From Podarcis vaucheri (Eukaryota): a stretch of DNA of 64,000 bases. Made by a program: the position numbers and the translations under genes. The DNA lies in NCBI GenBank assembly GCA_965113315.1, contig OZ220365.1. One strand, written 5' to 3'. The notes beneath the pieces are model-generated. The model worked only from the letters and a program-made list of their open reading frames with translations. It was not told the DNA's origin and made no database searches. The first letter of the stretch is position 1, and each line of letters opens with the position of its first letter. Below are positions 13,685 to 25,866 of the stretch, piece by piece.

Positions 13685-13799
13685 ACTGGCAAAAGACCGA
13701 AGCCCAGAAGAGGAGAGAGCAGCTTTTGCTCGATGAGCTTGTTATTCTTGTTAATAAACGTGATGCACTGGTCAGAGATTTAGATGCTCAAGAAAAACA
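13685..13799 (+). CDS. EHBP1: EHBP1 penultimate coding exon
   Basis: Polypyrimidine tract plus AG at 13683-13684, GTAAGT at 13800; 115 bp, phase 1 to 2; encodes (D)[37 protein letters not shown](Q). Confidence 0.97.
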
Positions 13800-14162
13800 G
13801 TAAGTTTTGTATCTTGGCCAACATCTCTAACGGGAGTGTGCTTTTCCTGCATGGTAGCCTTGTTTCATCTAATACCATTCAAGAAAGGAAACTTTGAAGA
13901 CAAGTCAACAATCCAGTGCTAAAGCACTTCAATTTGTAGAAAATCTGTGCAGTCCTAGGTTACAGTAATGACTGTCCTCTTAGCTCTTACCCATCCAGTC
14001 AGATGGCAAGCCCTCCCTTCCCTTTCCCACCGCCCAGGGTCCCTTAAGTGAATAGTAGTTGGGACTTGAATTTCTGAGAGGTTCTGTGCAATACCTATTG
14101 CATTGACGTGTGAAGTAGAGCTTTATTAGGGAAACTGATGACAATTGTGTTTGGTTTCCCAG

Positions 14163-14253
14163 GGCTGAAGAGGAAGATGAGCATTTGGAAAGGACCCTAG
14201 AGCAAAACAAAGGAAAGATGGCCAAGAAAGAAGAGAAATGTGTCCTTCAGTGA
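14163..14253 (+). CDS. EHBP1: EHBP1 last coding exon, ending in CaaX prenylation motif CVLQ
   Basis: AG at 14161-14162; encodes AEEEDEHLERTLEQNKGKMAKKEEKCVLQ then TGA at 14251-14253. Confidence 0.97.
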
Positions 14254-15385
14254 CTAGCTGTCATGGGGCAAGATACTGTTGTGTTTTATAGCTTAACCCT
14301 TCTTACATTTTGGAAATACTGACACAAGACTAAAAAGACAAAATCTCAAATAATAAACTTCAGAAAATGTTTAAACCTTCCATTTGACTAGACCAGCTTT
14401 ACCCCAAATTGTTTTCTTATTCCCTCACCCCACATGTTCCGATTCAAGCAATATTCCTTCAAAATCACCTTTCTCCCTGATTTACTTGCAGACTTAGACA
14501 AAAAAATTACATGTTTTTAAATAAGTCTGCATTCAAATGTTGTGGCAACACCTGGGTTGTTTAAGAAGGGGAGAAACCCTGGCTTTTTAATCTTTTGTTG
14601 AAATAACTTTCAAATACATTCTTTTATGTAATAATACTGCAGAGGGAGAGAAGACAAAAATAATTTTGAATGATTTCATCCAGTCCTGTTGTGTGTAATA
14701 CTTAATATGCTACCTAAAATTGTTTAGCTAGATTATACTCAGACCATTTATTACGATGCGCTATATTTACCAATGTTTATTTCAGCAGCAGTTTCACATT
14801 TTTATTTTAATTATAAATTTAAGACTTTTTGATGTGCTCAGAGAGAAGGTTTTTTAACCTATACCTTTCAAAAGCCTTGTGATCTGAATAAGTGATTGTA
14901 ATGATGAGACCGACTGAAGTGTGATCAGTTTACAAAAAAAATCATCTTTAGAGGCAATTCCATTTTTATTAATTATTTATTTACCTCTTAGTTTAGCTCC
15001 CTTCTCTTCATTTTGTTCAACCTCTGCATTCTGGCTCCACAATGCTGTTAATATTTATTGTGTATCCATCGGGGGCCTGTCTTGCCATTATCTTCAAAAT
15101 CCCCTTGCAAGTTAATATATCCTTCACTAGCATCCCACTCATTTTTGTGGAAACTGTTACATTTATTTATTACAATACTGAGTTATGTATAAATTTTCAA
15201 TAAAGCTGGATCTTTCTTACCATAACTCTGGTGGTCTCCTTTTCTTACAAAACCTTTTTTTAAAAAATAATAATAATAATCTTGATATTTCTCATGAATG
15301 ATTTTATGGCATAACTTCATAGCTGTTATTTTTAGACATAACATCTGTGCAAAACTAAATAAAGCTGCAATACTATGCACATTTA
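14254..15385 (+). other. EHBP1: EHBP1 3' UTR with candidate polyadenylation signals
   Basis: AU-rich sequence after the stop; AATAAA at 15199-15204 and 15358-15363. The cleavage site is inferred. Confidence 0.6.
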
Positions 15386-16619
15386 CTTGGGAGTAAGTCA
15401 CACAGTCTGGTTTCATTCTGAGTGTAGGATTGAACTGTAAATCTACTTTTACATAGTTTATGTTTCTGACGAACGTTGACTGAAAAATAGGAACAAATTG
15501 AGGTGGGGGCATGTATTGTTTTTCAAGTTTTCTGGCTCCAATACTGTTGCACCAATGTTTTCTACGTTGGTGTTTCATATACAAATATTTGCCGTAGCAT
15601 TGCCTTCGAACAGCTCTACTAAGCTGTTGTTTAAAGTTTGTGTCAGCCCCACGTTTTAGCCTAATTAACCAGATGGGCAATGCAGCCGCCTGCGTTTTTT
15701 ACTGCCTCTACATGGAATTCAGGGAGGTGATCGCAGGATAGCTGTGATGAAGGTGGACAAGAGTTTTGCCTAAGGAGCTGGGATTTTCTCTCTGGAGAGG
15801 TTGGAGGCACTTTATTAAAATTTTCAAATAAGATAAAAGGCAGGTTGTGCCATTTCAATCTGAGCTGAGTTTGCTTAACAAGTAATTGTATAAACTGTGC
15901 TGTGCTTTTTAAAAAGATTGTTTAATAATAAATTTTGCTGTGGGGAAAGGTTACTAGCAGGCCTCACAAACGGGGTTCTTGTTGATTCTGCTCTTCCTGA
16001 GAAGCCTAGGTGATCCAACCAATGCAAACTCCTTGGGCGGCGGTGGGGGGAGATGGAGAAGAGAGAGAGAGAGAGCGAGCGCGCTTCTGGGATCCAGCTC
16101 AGGGTCTCGTACTGGGAGGGAGGCAAAACAGAAAGCGGCACAAGGAGAACCCCCGATATGTTACAAAATCCACATCGTGAATAATCCGGTTAAATGATAA
16201 CAAGTGCCAGTGTAAATACGAGGGACCTGCGCCTTGTGCCTTTGGATGTATCCATAATGGGAATCGCTTTCTGAGGGCGTTCATATGCTAAATGAATTAA
16301 ACCTCTTATCTTCGCCGACTACTGGATGAAATTCGGGCCAGAATCTCTCCCTCCTGCTCTCCCCTCCACCCTCCCTCGGTTCCCGTCTCTCCTCCCCCTT
16401 TCCAAGCCTCTCTTTCTCCCACAATCCTTCTCTCCCGCCTCCCTCCCCAAGCTTTTTTCCTTGCCATCCTGCAAAGCTAACAAATTCCACCGTCTGCCTT
16501 TAAAAGCCGCTGCTAATTTGGGCCGAGAGGGAGAGACCTATTTCCTTGTTTGTCATAATGCAGGTTAATTCGCTTTGGTGCTTTGCGAGAGTCAGGTTAG
16601 CATTTATTCATTTGCGGCC

Positions 16620-18250
16620 AGCGATCTGCTCCGCGGCCGACCTTCCTCTTTGGTCGCATCCGGAGATCTGGCCGCGCGGCTCCTCCGGCGGCCCCCAAAG
16701 CGCGCTCGGCCCGCAGCCTCCCGGTCAGGATGTGCGCCTGGAAGCCCGACGCCCGCCCTGGCTCCTGGGGACAGGGCTCGTGACTTGGCTCCTTGGCGGG
16801 GCTGGGCGGGGAGCTCCTCTCCCGGCCCCGGGGCGCTGCCTGGGTCTCTTGGCCTCTCTCGCCGGACTTCGCGCAGGACAAGTCGAGGGGCGGGGGGGAT
16901 TTCTGGCGGGGCTGGTGAAAGTGCGCGGGCAGGAAGGCGGAGCCCCGCAGGGACCCCGCTGGAAGCTCAGCTGACCCCAGGAGCCAGGCCTGTCCCCAGC
17001 CAAGCTGAAAGGGGCCCCCGGATAATGGGGTTTGCTTGGTGAGGCTTTCCAGGGCTGAAGGGAAAGGGCGGGGCTGGCACAAACGGGGGTTCTTTACTGA
17101 ACCCCTAACTCTCGTCGGAAGAGGCTCTGCTTATTAACTGCTGGCGTTTGGCGCTTGCTTCTCTTTTAAATTCACAGTTGGGAAAACTTTTTCTAGATAC
17201 CCTGAGAGGGAGGGAGATGAGAGGAAAGCGAGCTACGAAGTTTGCACAGCCCAACAAGTTCCTGAAAAGCAATCCTTTGGAGAAGGAAGTGCCACAGACT
17301 CCCTGGAACTTTGCTTCCAAGTAACTTTCGGGCTCAGCTTTGGTGTGGCCCCTCCAGCATTGGGGGGCTTATTTCGGCCCGGCTCTGGGCCCTCCTGCCG
17401 GGACTCGCAGCCACTTCCTTCTCTTTCAAGCGGCTGGACTGCCGAAGGGAAGGGAGGGCGCCTCCCCAGATTTTCCTTCGAAGAGCGGGGAGAGCTCTCC
17501 ACCATCCGGAGTCTATCCTAAAACTCTAGTCATTGGTTATCTAGGAAACCCTTCGCTCACGAGAAAACCTCTTGCTTAGGAGAGAGGCTTCTGCCTCTTT
17601 CCCGGCGCTATAACTAGTAGGCGTTTGCATCAAAACAAAACGAACCCCAAAGCAGCAGAGAACACCTAGCGCGTAAAAAGGGAGCTGAACTTTGGAAATG
17701 CAGAGTTGCGCGCAAGAGGCAGGCTGGCTGCTGAGCGAGGCGAGAGAGAGAGAGAGATGGATGGATGTCCCTTTCCCCCTCGCCTGGGGACCCTTTGCCT
17801 CCAAAATGCACGATCACCCCACCCACCACAGGACGGCGGCGACCATCATCTCCAGCTCTCACGCCTCTGTTGCCCCCCCCCCCTCGTCTTCCCTTCCCTT
17901 ACCTGCGCCTGCCAAGTTAGGGCCACCTGAGTGGGAGCCCCTGCTCGACGCCAGCTGGTTCCCAAAAGGTGCCGGCCAGGCCGGGGCGGGGGAGCAGTTC
18001 TTTCCAAGCGGTGTCTCGAGAAAGAGGCAAAGAGCCTTAGGCCGTCTTTCTGCGCGCCCCGAACCTGCGGCCCAAGATCGCCTCGGCTTCCTCCACTGCC
18101 GGCTTAGTCTCTCCGCACCTGAAGGTTTGCAGGAGAGAGAGAGGGAAAACAGCGAGACCCGCATCTTCCGCGTCTCCCCCGCCACATACTAAACTTTTTT
18201 GTGTCCGCGTCTCCCTGGCTTCTCTCTGGCTCTGAGAGTTGCTCGTGCCC
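16620..18250. promoter_or_regulatory. CpG island between the EHBP1 3' end and OTX1
   Basis: Very high GC and CpG density; boundaries estimated by eye. Confidence 0.75.
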
Positions 18251-20903
18251 CCCTTTCCTGCCCTTAATCCATGGGTTTTATGGGCTGAGCATTAAGGAAA
18301 TTCGCCTGCAATTTGGGATTAGACAAATACTCTTATTACAGGGGGAGGGAGGGGGAAACACAGAAAGAGAGAGAGAGAGAGAAGTAAGGCGTAGGGGTTT
18401 AGTGCTACTTGATACTCTGAGCTTTTCACTAGACTTGATCGCATCATCCGAAGCTTGAGACGGAGGCAGGCGGCTGCCAGACTCCAAATCTGACTCTGAG
18501 GAGGCCAAAGGAGCACGTTCCTGAGGAATCTGCCTGCCCGCCTCAGCATCAGGATCCCAACACAACACAACAGCACACACACACACCCGCACAATCTGCT
18601 TTATTACAGAGGGAAAGGGGAGATTAAAGCTAATTCTGAATTTTGAGGAGGGGTGAGCAGAAGGACCCCTGTTCTGACTCCATAATCCACTGATGGGGCT
18701 ATTTCTGGAGACTGACACTAAAGAAGAAAAGAACCCCCACAAAGCTCGGAGGTCCCCCGTGGATAATGGTCTCCCATACTTTGGCCAAGGTACTGGTCCC
18801 AGCGAGAACTCCCCGCTTCCACTCCTCTCCCCCCCCTTCTTTTGCCTGCCCCATCTTTCTACTTTTTGTGAATGGGCTGCGGCGGCTTTTGTTCTGAGGA
18901 GAAGTGCCCGTGTCGCTGACTTTTGTGGGCTATAGAAGGATCTTGTAAACCTCATTTTTCTCCCTCTCTCCCTCTCTTTCGCCTCTCCGCCAGTCCACTT
19001 TGATTAGATGTCCCCCTCAATGGGGGAAAAATGTAATTTCGTCAGGACTGTGGCGGTCACTCCCTTTGAACATTAGCTCGCTTTCAGCTCCAGCTTCAAT
19101 TAGAAGGAGTTGATTTTGAGAGATCAACAAAAGGACCGCACCAAAGCCTTATTAAAGGTCCTAAGAAGATCTCCCGGATCCTTTGAGAAGCAGTTAAAGA
19201 AACAGTGTGCTTCCCTCATATTCTGTTACCGTGTTTCATTGGGACTCCAAAGGGAAAGTGTCTCACGGAAAAAGGGGAAAGCGGAGCGGGGGCAGCGGGT
19301 TAGAGGACCCTCACTTTGAAGCGGCGGCCACCAATTCCTTCCTGACCTCGCTTTCATTCCGTTTGTTAGCAACCAGTTGATTCGGAGGGTTTCTTTCCCC
19401 TTTGAAAAAACCATGATGATGATGATGATGATAATTCCTTTTCACTTTAGTCTTTGTATGTTCAGAAGTTTTCTTTCTATTAAAACTTCTTTACAAAGGG
19501 GGGAAGAAATAATTCTTTGTAAAGGATTCGTGTCTATTAATATTTATGATAATGAACTAGATACCCTCGACGTGGCGCGCACTCTGTGCGCTCAGAAGGT
19601 GTGTGTTGTGGATGGATGCGCGTGCGGCGTATGCAGGCTGGCGACTAGCAACTGCAGAACTAGCGTTGTAGAATATGATATAGAGGAGGTATAGATACAA
19701 CCAATCTGGGCTACCATCTGCGCATTTTAACAACTTTTATGCTTATGCCCGCATCCTGAGGAAACTTACTTGGCAGGAGGACCCACTGACGCCCTTTGAA
19801 CTTTTGTGTAACACTCTTAACAAAGGGTCGTTGGGAGCAAATTACTTTATTTCGCGGGCACTTATTGTTCCACAAATACACTTAGAATCAGAGCTCACTT
19901 CGGATTATGTTTTATTAAAGTTGTCCTCCTCGGCCTCAGACACTTCCTTGCCAAGTCCGAGAGACGCCTCCCGGGTCCCCGAGAGACGGACTTCGGAGGC
20001 TGCAGGGACTGATCGAGGCTGCTGCGCGCAGCTTGCCTGGCAACTAGCCGGCAACAGGTTTCCAGCAGCCGCGCCACGCGCAGATTGCAGAAGCCCAAGC
20101 AAACGGGATCCATACGGCACAAAAATGGGCGGCGGGGGGGGGGGACTGGACTAGAATTGCCACTACTTCGACTTTTGCCCTGCGGAATTATAGAACCGAA
20201 GTAATCCGTGGAGATATATGGATCGAGGCGTCTACTGGTTCTCGGCGTTTGTCTTCTCCCTTGAAAAACACCCCCTTGGACAGCCTTTGCTCTCCCCAGA
20301 AACCTGCCTTCCCCGAATTGAGAGCGGGAAACAGGCGTCCATCGGGCCTGGCCGGGGCCAAACTCGGGACACTTCCCGGGCACCGAAATGAATGGGACCT
20401 GCGCGCCGTTGAAGCGCCCGAGATCCGGCGCAGCAAACTTTCTTTTGCGGAAGAGCAACGCGGCTCGGACTGAAAGGAGACGGCGAAGACAGCCCGGCGG
20501 GGAGAAGGAGGGCGCCCCGTCCCGGGAGAGGGCATCCTCGGGCCGCCCGGGAAGTGCGGGGCGAGGGGCGGCGGCCCGGCCGGTCTCCCTTCGGGCGCGG
20601 AAAGTCCCCTGCTGGGCACGAGGGCGCAGCGCGGCGCGCCCCTCCCCTCCCCCCCCGGCCCGCTTTGGAGGGGGGTCCCGGCCGGGCCTGGGGGGCGTCC
20701 ATCCCGAGGGAGCCCCGGCCCGGGAGTCGCGCGGGGCTGTTGCGGGCGGGCGCGGGCGGGCGGGCCGGGCTGGCGCGGGGGCGGGGGCGGGGCGTGCGAG
20801 GGAGCGCTCCTGGTCCCGCGCTGCCATTGCCCGGGCGGCTGTCACTCAGCGGCGGCGAGGCCGGGGATTGGCGCGGGCCGGGCTACGCACTGGCCTGGCG
20901 CTC

Positions 20904-20997
20904 ACCTACCCGGGCCGGGCGGAGGAAAGGGGATCAATCTTCGTCGGGCTGCATTTCCAATCACCTGAAGAGCCGGGCGAGACGCGACCTCGGCCAG
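20904..20997 (+). other. OTX1: OTX1 non-coding first exon (5' UTR)
   Basis: ACCTACCCGGG..GATCAATCTTCGTCGGGCTGCATTTCCAATCACCT resembles the start of the human OTX1 mRNA as recalled; strong donor CAG|GTAAGG at 20998. TSS approximate. Confidence 0.75.
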
Positions 20998-21008
20998 GTA
21001 AGGAGCGC

Positions 21009-21063
21009 GCCGCCGCCGCCGCCTCGGGCTCTCCCTCCTCCTCCTCCTCCTCCTCCTCCTCCT
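21009..21063. repeat. (GCC)5 and (CCT)10 trinucleotide tracts at the start of OTX1 intron 1
   Basis: Direct reading of the sequence. Confidence 0.85.
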
Positions 21064-23722
21064 CTCGCCTCGCTCCCCGGGCCGGGCAAGAAGTTGCCAA
21101 GGAGCCTTCTCGGCGGGGCGGAGGAGGAGGAGGAAACTCCAGCTTCCCCGCGAAACTTGCCTCGGCCTCCTGGAAGCGGGGTACGGGGCTCCGCCGACGC
21201 TGCCCTCTGGCTCCCTCCGCGCGCGCCCTCCCGCCTCAGCCGAGGGCGCTGGGGCTGCTGCTTTCCTCCGCTGCGGGGACCGGGCTCGCCCGGCTGGCGC
21301 TCCCGGGGCCCCGAGGGCCCTGGCCGGCTTCCCCTCGACACCTTCTGGCGCTGCGCCGCCTCCTCTCTCGCTCGCTCGCTCCGCGCCCGGCCGGGGACCG
21401 GCAGCCCCGCGGAACCTGCTCGGCGAGGGGCGGCTGAGCTCCCAAGGGGGATCCCCGTCCGTCTCTCCCGGTTGCGAGGCGACTTTCTCTGTTCTGCCGC
21501 AATCTTGACTTGCTGCGTCTTGGCTGCCGCGGGGCCTGTCCGGGAGGACCTTTGGCCGCCCCCCCCCCCCGGTTTCTCCGGGGTCTCTGGCCAGCTCCCT
21601 CCCGGGATTCCTGGGCCTCCTTCGAGGTGCCTCGTCCGAAGATCTCTCGCTCCAACTCTCCTTTCCTGAAATTCAAAGCGCCCAAGGAAGGCGCTGAGGG
21701 AGCCGCTGTTTAGGAGATGTTTTGAAAGGCTTATTCAAGTGCGATCCCGGAAAAACGCATTGGGGGGGGGGTTGCAACTGAAATAAATAAGCAAAAGTGT
21801 TGATGTTTCAGAGAGTTGCAGTCTTGACTACTTTAAAGCAAGTAGAGCTGGAAGAATGGAACTATCCTCCAAGTCAAAACAAAACAAAAAATTTCCGTGT
21901 TGCTGAAGTTTTTGCAAAGTCTAAGGCCCAATCCCAATGTTATTTCCTCTAAAGGAAACCACACGGGTTTCAAAAGGCCCTTAATCTTGTCAGCACACTT
22001 AGGACCGCAGCCTGCTAAAGTAAAGCAGATGGACTTTCTTTTCACTTTTTGAATCGCGTGAAGAGGCAGAAATCCCTTCCTTCTCAAATCAAACCAAGGA
22101 GAACTTTAAAGCAAATCAAACTTAAGGGAAACAGCAACAGGTTAATCAGTTTTAAGAGTGTGGAATGCCTTAAATTAATTTGGCATATATCGGCCTTTAC
22201 AGCCTAAGAAAAAATTATTAGCTTAAATTTAAATCCCACTTCATAGTTCTTGCTCTTGTTTCTTATTTATTTATTTTGGTTTGGTTTGGTTTTGTAATCT
22301 TTCTGCTATAAATATAGGTTTTGGAAGCAGGATGGCCTGCAGTCCAATTAAGGTTTCTGGCCAATAATTAATTGAGGTTAATGCCACCACCATCTGCTGC
22401 TGCGGGATGTGGGATTTTATTTTATTGTATCTGCTTGGTTTGTCTAACTTATTGTTTGTGCGTCTCTCCGGCCGAATCCATCGGCTAATGAACCTGCTGG
22501 ATCTGGACATGGGAAAATTTACCTAAATATCTGTTTCTCTCAGTTGAGAAAAAAATAAACAAATGCCTACAAAATCCCCCCAGAAACCCTCTTATAAATC
22601 CTTGGAATTATATAACTTCGAGGAACCACAGCAAAACTTTTAAGGAGCTGTAGAATTAAAAACAGCTACAGCACCTTGAATGTTTTGCCTATACAGGGAT
22701 TCTGCGGGTATATAAGCCACCAGCCTTACTCATGTAGTTGGAAGACAGTTTGCGTTGGCCTAAATTTTACTTTATTACTTTAGTAAGAGGGCCTAGGATC
22801 CTGCCTTCAGTCTTCGCTACTCTCCGCCACCCGAAAAACGCGAGAATTAGGCAACTTTGTCGTGCCGTCTTCCTTTGCCTTCCTCCGCGGCTCTTCCGTC
22901 AGTCGGGCGGGGGGCTTTGGAACGTGAATTTCAAAGCAGCTCCTGGAATCTGTTTGTTTTTAGGCCATTAGCCATTTCTAATTAAAGCCTCTCTTTCTCC
23001 CCACTTTCAAATTAATTATACTTACCCCCTTTTTTGGTATCTCGTTTTGATTTTTAATCCAATTATCTTTTTAAATAATTGCTTTATCTCCCTCATCGCG
23101 GAGTACTGTACCCCCTGGAAGCCCCTCGGCGATTGTATGGCAATATGGCTGTAGTTATTAAAAAAAAAAAGTTCGGGGGGGGGGAGTAGACCTCCTTCCC
23201 CACTCCCACTCCACCGCCCAGTTACACCTCTTCACTCTCTGTCACTTTCTGAGTCCACTTCCCCCTTTTCTTGGCGGGTGGGGGGAATTTCCGCCATCTT
23301 GTGTGCGACGGAGAGACTTGACTTTTGTCCTTTAAAAAAGCCCTATTTATACGGAGTGTGTATGTGCATGTATACCTTTTTTAAGACCTAATCTTGCCTA
23401 ACTCCGAGTACAAGTTTTCTTACTCCTGGACCAGGTGTTGGGAAGAAACCCCTCGCCCCTTTTTTTGTTTTAAATTGACAGTCTTACGTTGCTTTATTTC
23501 CCTCCTTGCGCTTTTGAGAGGGGTTTTTTTTTCTTAGTTAGGATCTGCCATAGCTGTGTATAAAATTATATTCCAGCTTGGCTTTATCTGAAAGTCAAAT
23601 AAATGAGAAGGAATCAGAGGGAGGGAAGTAAAATAGGCGCGCTCTGTGTGGAAACTTAGGAAAAAGCTGATGTTTTGCCTTGTTCTCTGTCTTGTGCGTG
23701 TGTTTTTTTTCTGTTCCTGCAG

Positions 23723-23916
23723 GCTGCAGTGAGAGGCTGTCCTGCCCCTGGGATTTCCTTCAGCCGCCTCCTTGGAAGAATCAATCTTTTAAATTTTTAT
23801 TATAATTTTTATTTAAAAACCACGAACAAACCAAGAATTTTAAGACACGCCTTTTGGGGAAAAGAACATTTCTAATTGTGTGTGGATAAATTGGAAAAAT
23901 CTTTCCAGCTTTTAGC
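23723..23916 (+). other. OTX1: OTX1 5' UTR part of the first coding exon
   Basis: Polypyrimidine tract plus CTGCAG acceptor at 23717-23722; no ATG before 23917; TTAGC-ATG-ATG start context typical of Otx genes. Confidence 0.7.
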
Positions 23917-24013
23917 ATGATGTCTTACCTCAAACAGCCCCCCTATGGCATGAATGGGCTGGGGCTGGCGGGACCGGCGATGGATCTTCTCCACCCTTCC
24001 GTGGGGTATCCGG
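23917..24013 (+). CDS. OTX1: OTX1 coding exon 1
   Basis: [32 protein letters not shown] plus 1 nt, donor GTGAGC at 24014; the N-terminus is diagnostic of OTX1 rather than OTX2 or OTX5/CRX. Confidence 0.98.
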
Positions 24014-25714
24014 GTGAGCAGCACCAACCTCTTTTGCTTCTACTACCCGCTGATTATTGGCTAGGCAGATCGAGCCCCTCCAAGCAGCCTCGTAGTTAAT
24101 TTATGCGGCTGAAATAAAATAGTTCCTCAATTTATTGTAGAGGTTCTACAAGGCGAAAGGGATCCGAGAGCCTATGGATAAAGCTCTTGATAGATCATAT
24201 TATTATTTTTCCAGGTCAGCAAAACCATTTTCCATAATTGAATTATCCACTCTTATTATCACCCCCCATACCTGTGGTATCCTAAACTACCCCTGTATTG
24301 GAAAGTGAACACTGCTGATTTTCCTGGCGTTTAATTCAATGTTAAAATGCTTATTTCTCATGGCACCCTAGCACCCCAGGCCAACCTTTAAACAGGTTGG
24401 TATTTAGTAATTTGGTATTTAGTCCCTAATTATAATCAATGGGGAGCACGCTAGCAAAATGTTTACTGTCCAAAGTGTGAGTTGCCAAGTTTCAGATTTT
24501 GACTTGCTTTTTAAGACCCGATTTATTTTTGTTGTTGTTGGAGTGTATGCCTTGACAATATTACAAATAAAACAAATGTGGGTTTAAACTACTTGCACTT
24601 TGAGGGATACATCTAAAGCCAAATACAAACACGTTTAAATGTTACTTCTCCTAAGGTTATTCGTGCTTGAGAACTAACTGGGGGTGGGGGTGAAATCCTT
24701 TGATTGCGAACTTGGGCTGCCCATCCGAAGTTAGGAGCCAATCTTTTCTCTTTTCCCGGGTCCATAACTCCACAGTACTCCCCGCCCCCACGGATGAGTT
24801 TGCTGAGAAATGAAGAAATGGGGTGTTAATGGGCTTTCCCCGTGTCTTTTCAAATGCTGTTATAGCCTGATCCACAACCCAGTTAAGCCGGAAGTCGTGG
24901 CATATAATGCGAGAAAGTGCTGTCTATCCCCAGCTCAAGAAGTTCTCTGTCCTTCAGAAATGCTTGAGTTCTCCTGACCCTGAATGCGCAGGCAGCCGGG
25001 CTTTCACTGTGAGGTAACCCTCTGCTGACTTCAGTGAAACTCGCTCCCATTGCAGGGCTGCAGCTTTAAACCGTCATTCCAAAAAGCGTATTTGTTCTGC
25101 AAAGTAGCACCAATTTAATTCTGCTGCAGTTACTGCGGAGTAAATTATACCTGGGATTGCAGCTTTACTTGGAGGATTCAAGACCTAAGGTCTTCCCTGG
25201 AACTTACGTCCAACTAAAGTTCTTTTTAAAAATTATTTAAATGACTGGGCTGTAAATAATCTATTTAAGTACAGATACTTCCATTTTAACTGGGTTGTCG
25301 CCAAGAGACCCAGAACTTCAAGTGAGCTGCTCTTTTACGTCGGAGGCCGCTCAGGAAACTCAGTCTGCAACCCGAATAGAATTTCCGTCGGCGCTTACCT
25401 CCCCTCCTCCTCCTCCCTGTGGTCCGCAGAGTTTCTCACCCTCCCCTACGCCAACAGACGCTTTGTGTTTCTATTTATGCGCCTTTAAAAATATCAGGAG
25501 CTGCCCTTGTGGTTTGGGCTTCTTTGTGCCTCCCCCGCCCCCACCTCCTGATTCGCTTGCTGGACGGGAGAGCGGCGAGCGCGCGTCTCTCCTCCACCTC
25601 CCCATCCAGAACCAGGGGCCGGGGGGGGGGCGGAGGGAGGGGCGGCGGGGCGGATCTTGACCATGCCGACACGGGTCCTAAACACCCCCTGTCTTTCTGT
25701 CCCGGGACCCGCAG

Positions 25715-25866
25715 CCACCCCTCGGAAGCAGCGGAGGGAGCGCACCACCTTCACCCGCTCGCAACTGGACGTCTTGGAGGCGCTTTTCGCCAAGACCCGC
25801 TACCCGGACATCTTCATGAGAGAGGAAGTGGCGCTGAAAATCAACCTGCCGGAGTCCAGAGTCCAG
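25715..25866 (+). CDS. OTX1: OTX1 coding exon 2 (homeodomain N-terminal arm to start of helix 3)
   Basis: AG at 25713-25714; 152 bp; (A)[50 protein letters not shown]; GT at 25867 at the paired-class Q/V intron position. Confidence 0.98.

Larger units (their letters stand above)
19900..21750 (+). promoter_or_regulatory. OTX1: OTX1 promoter CpG island
   Basis: Extreme GC/CpG content; stacked GGGGCGGGG GC boxes (about 20777-20792), CTGTCACTCA Pbx/Pknox motif (20839-20848) and inverted CCAAT (20867-20871) just upstream of the putative first exon. Confidence 0.8.

Noticed and set aside
19895-21685. Long ORFs of 316, 349 and 371 aa over the OTX1 promoter
   Set aside because: Arg/Gly/Pro/Ala-rich translations on both strands are expected from stop-codon scarcity in a CpG island; no domain, and they run across the exon-1 donor.
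25680-25714. OTX2-style alternative acceptor adding 8 aa before the homeodomain
   Set aside because: No AG dinucleotide in the preceding ~40 nt.
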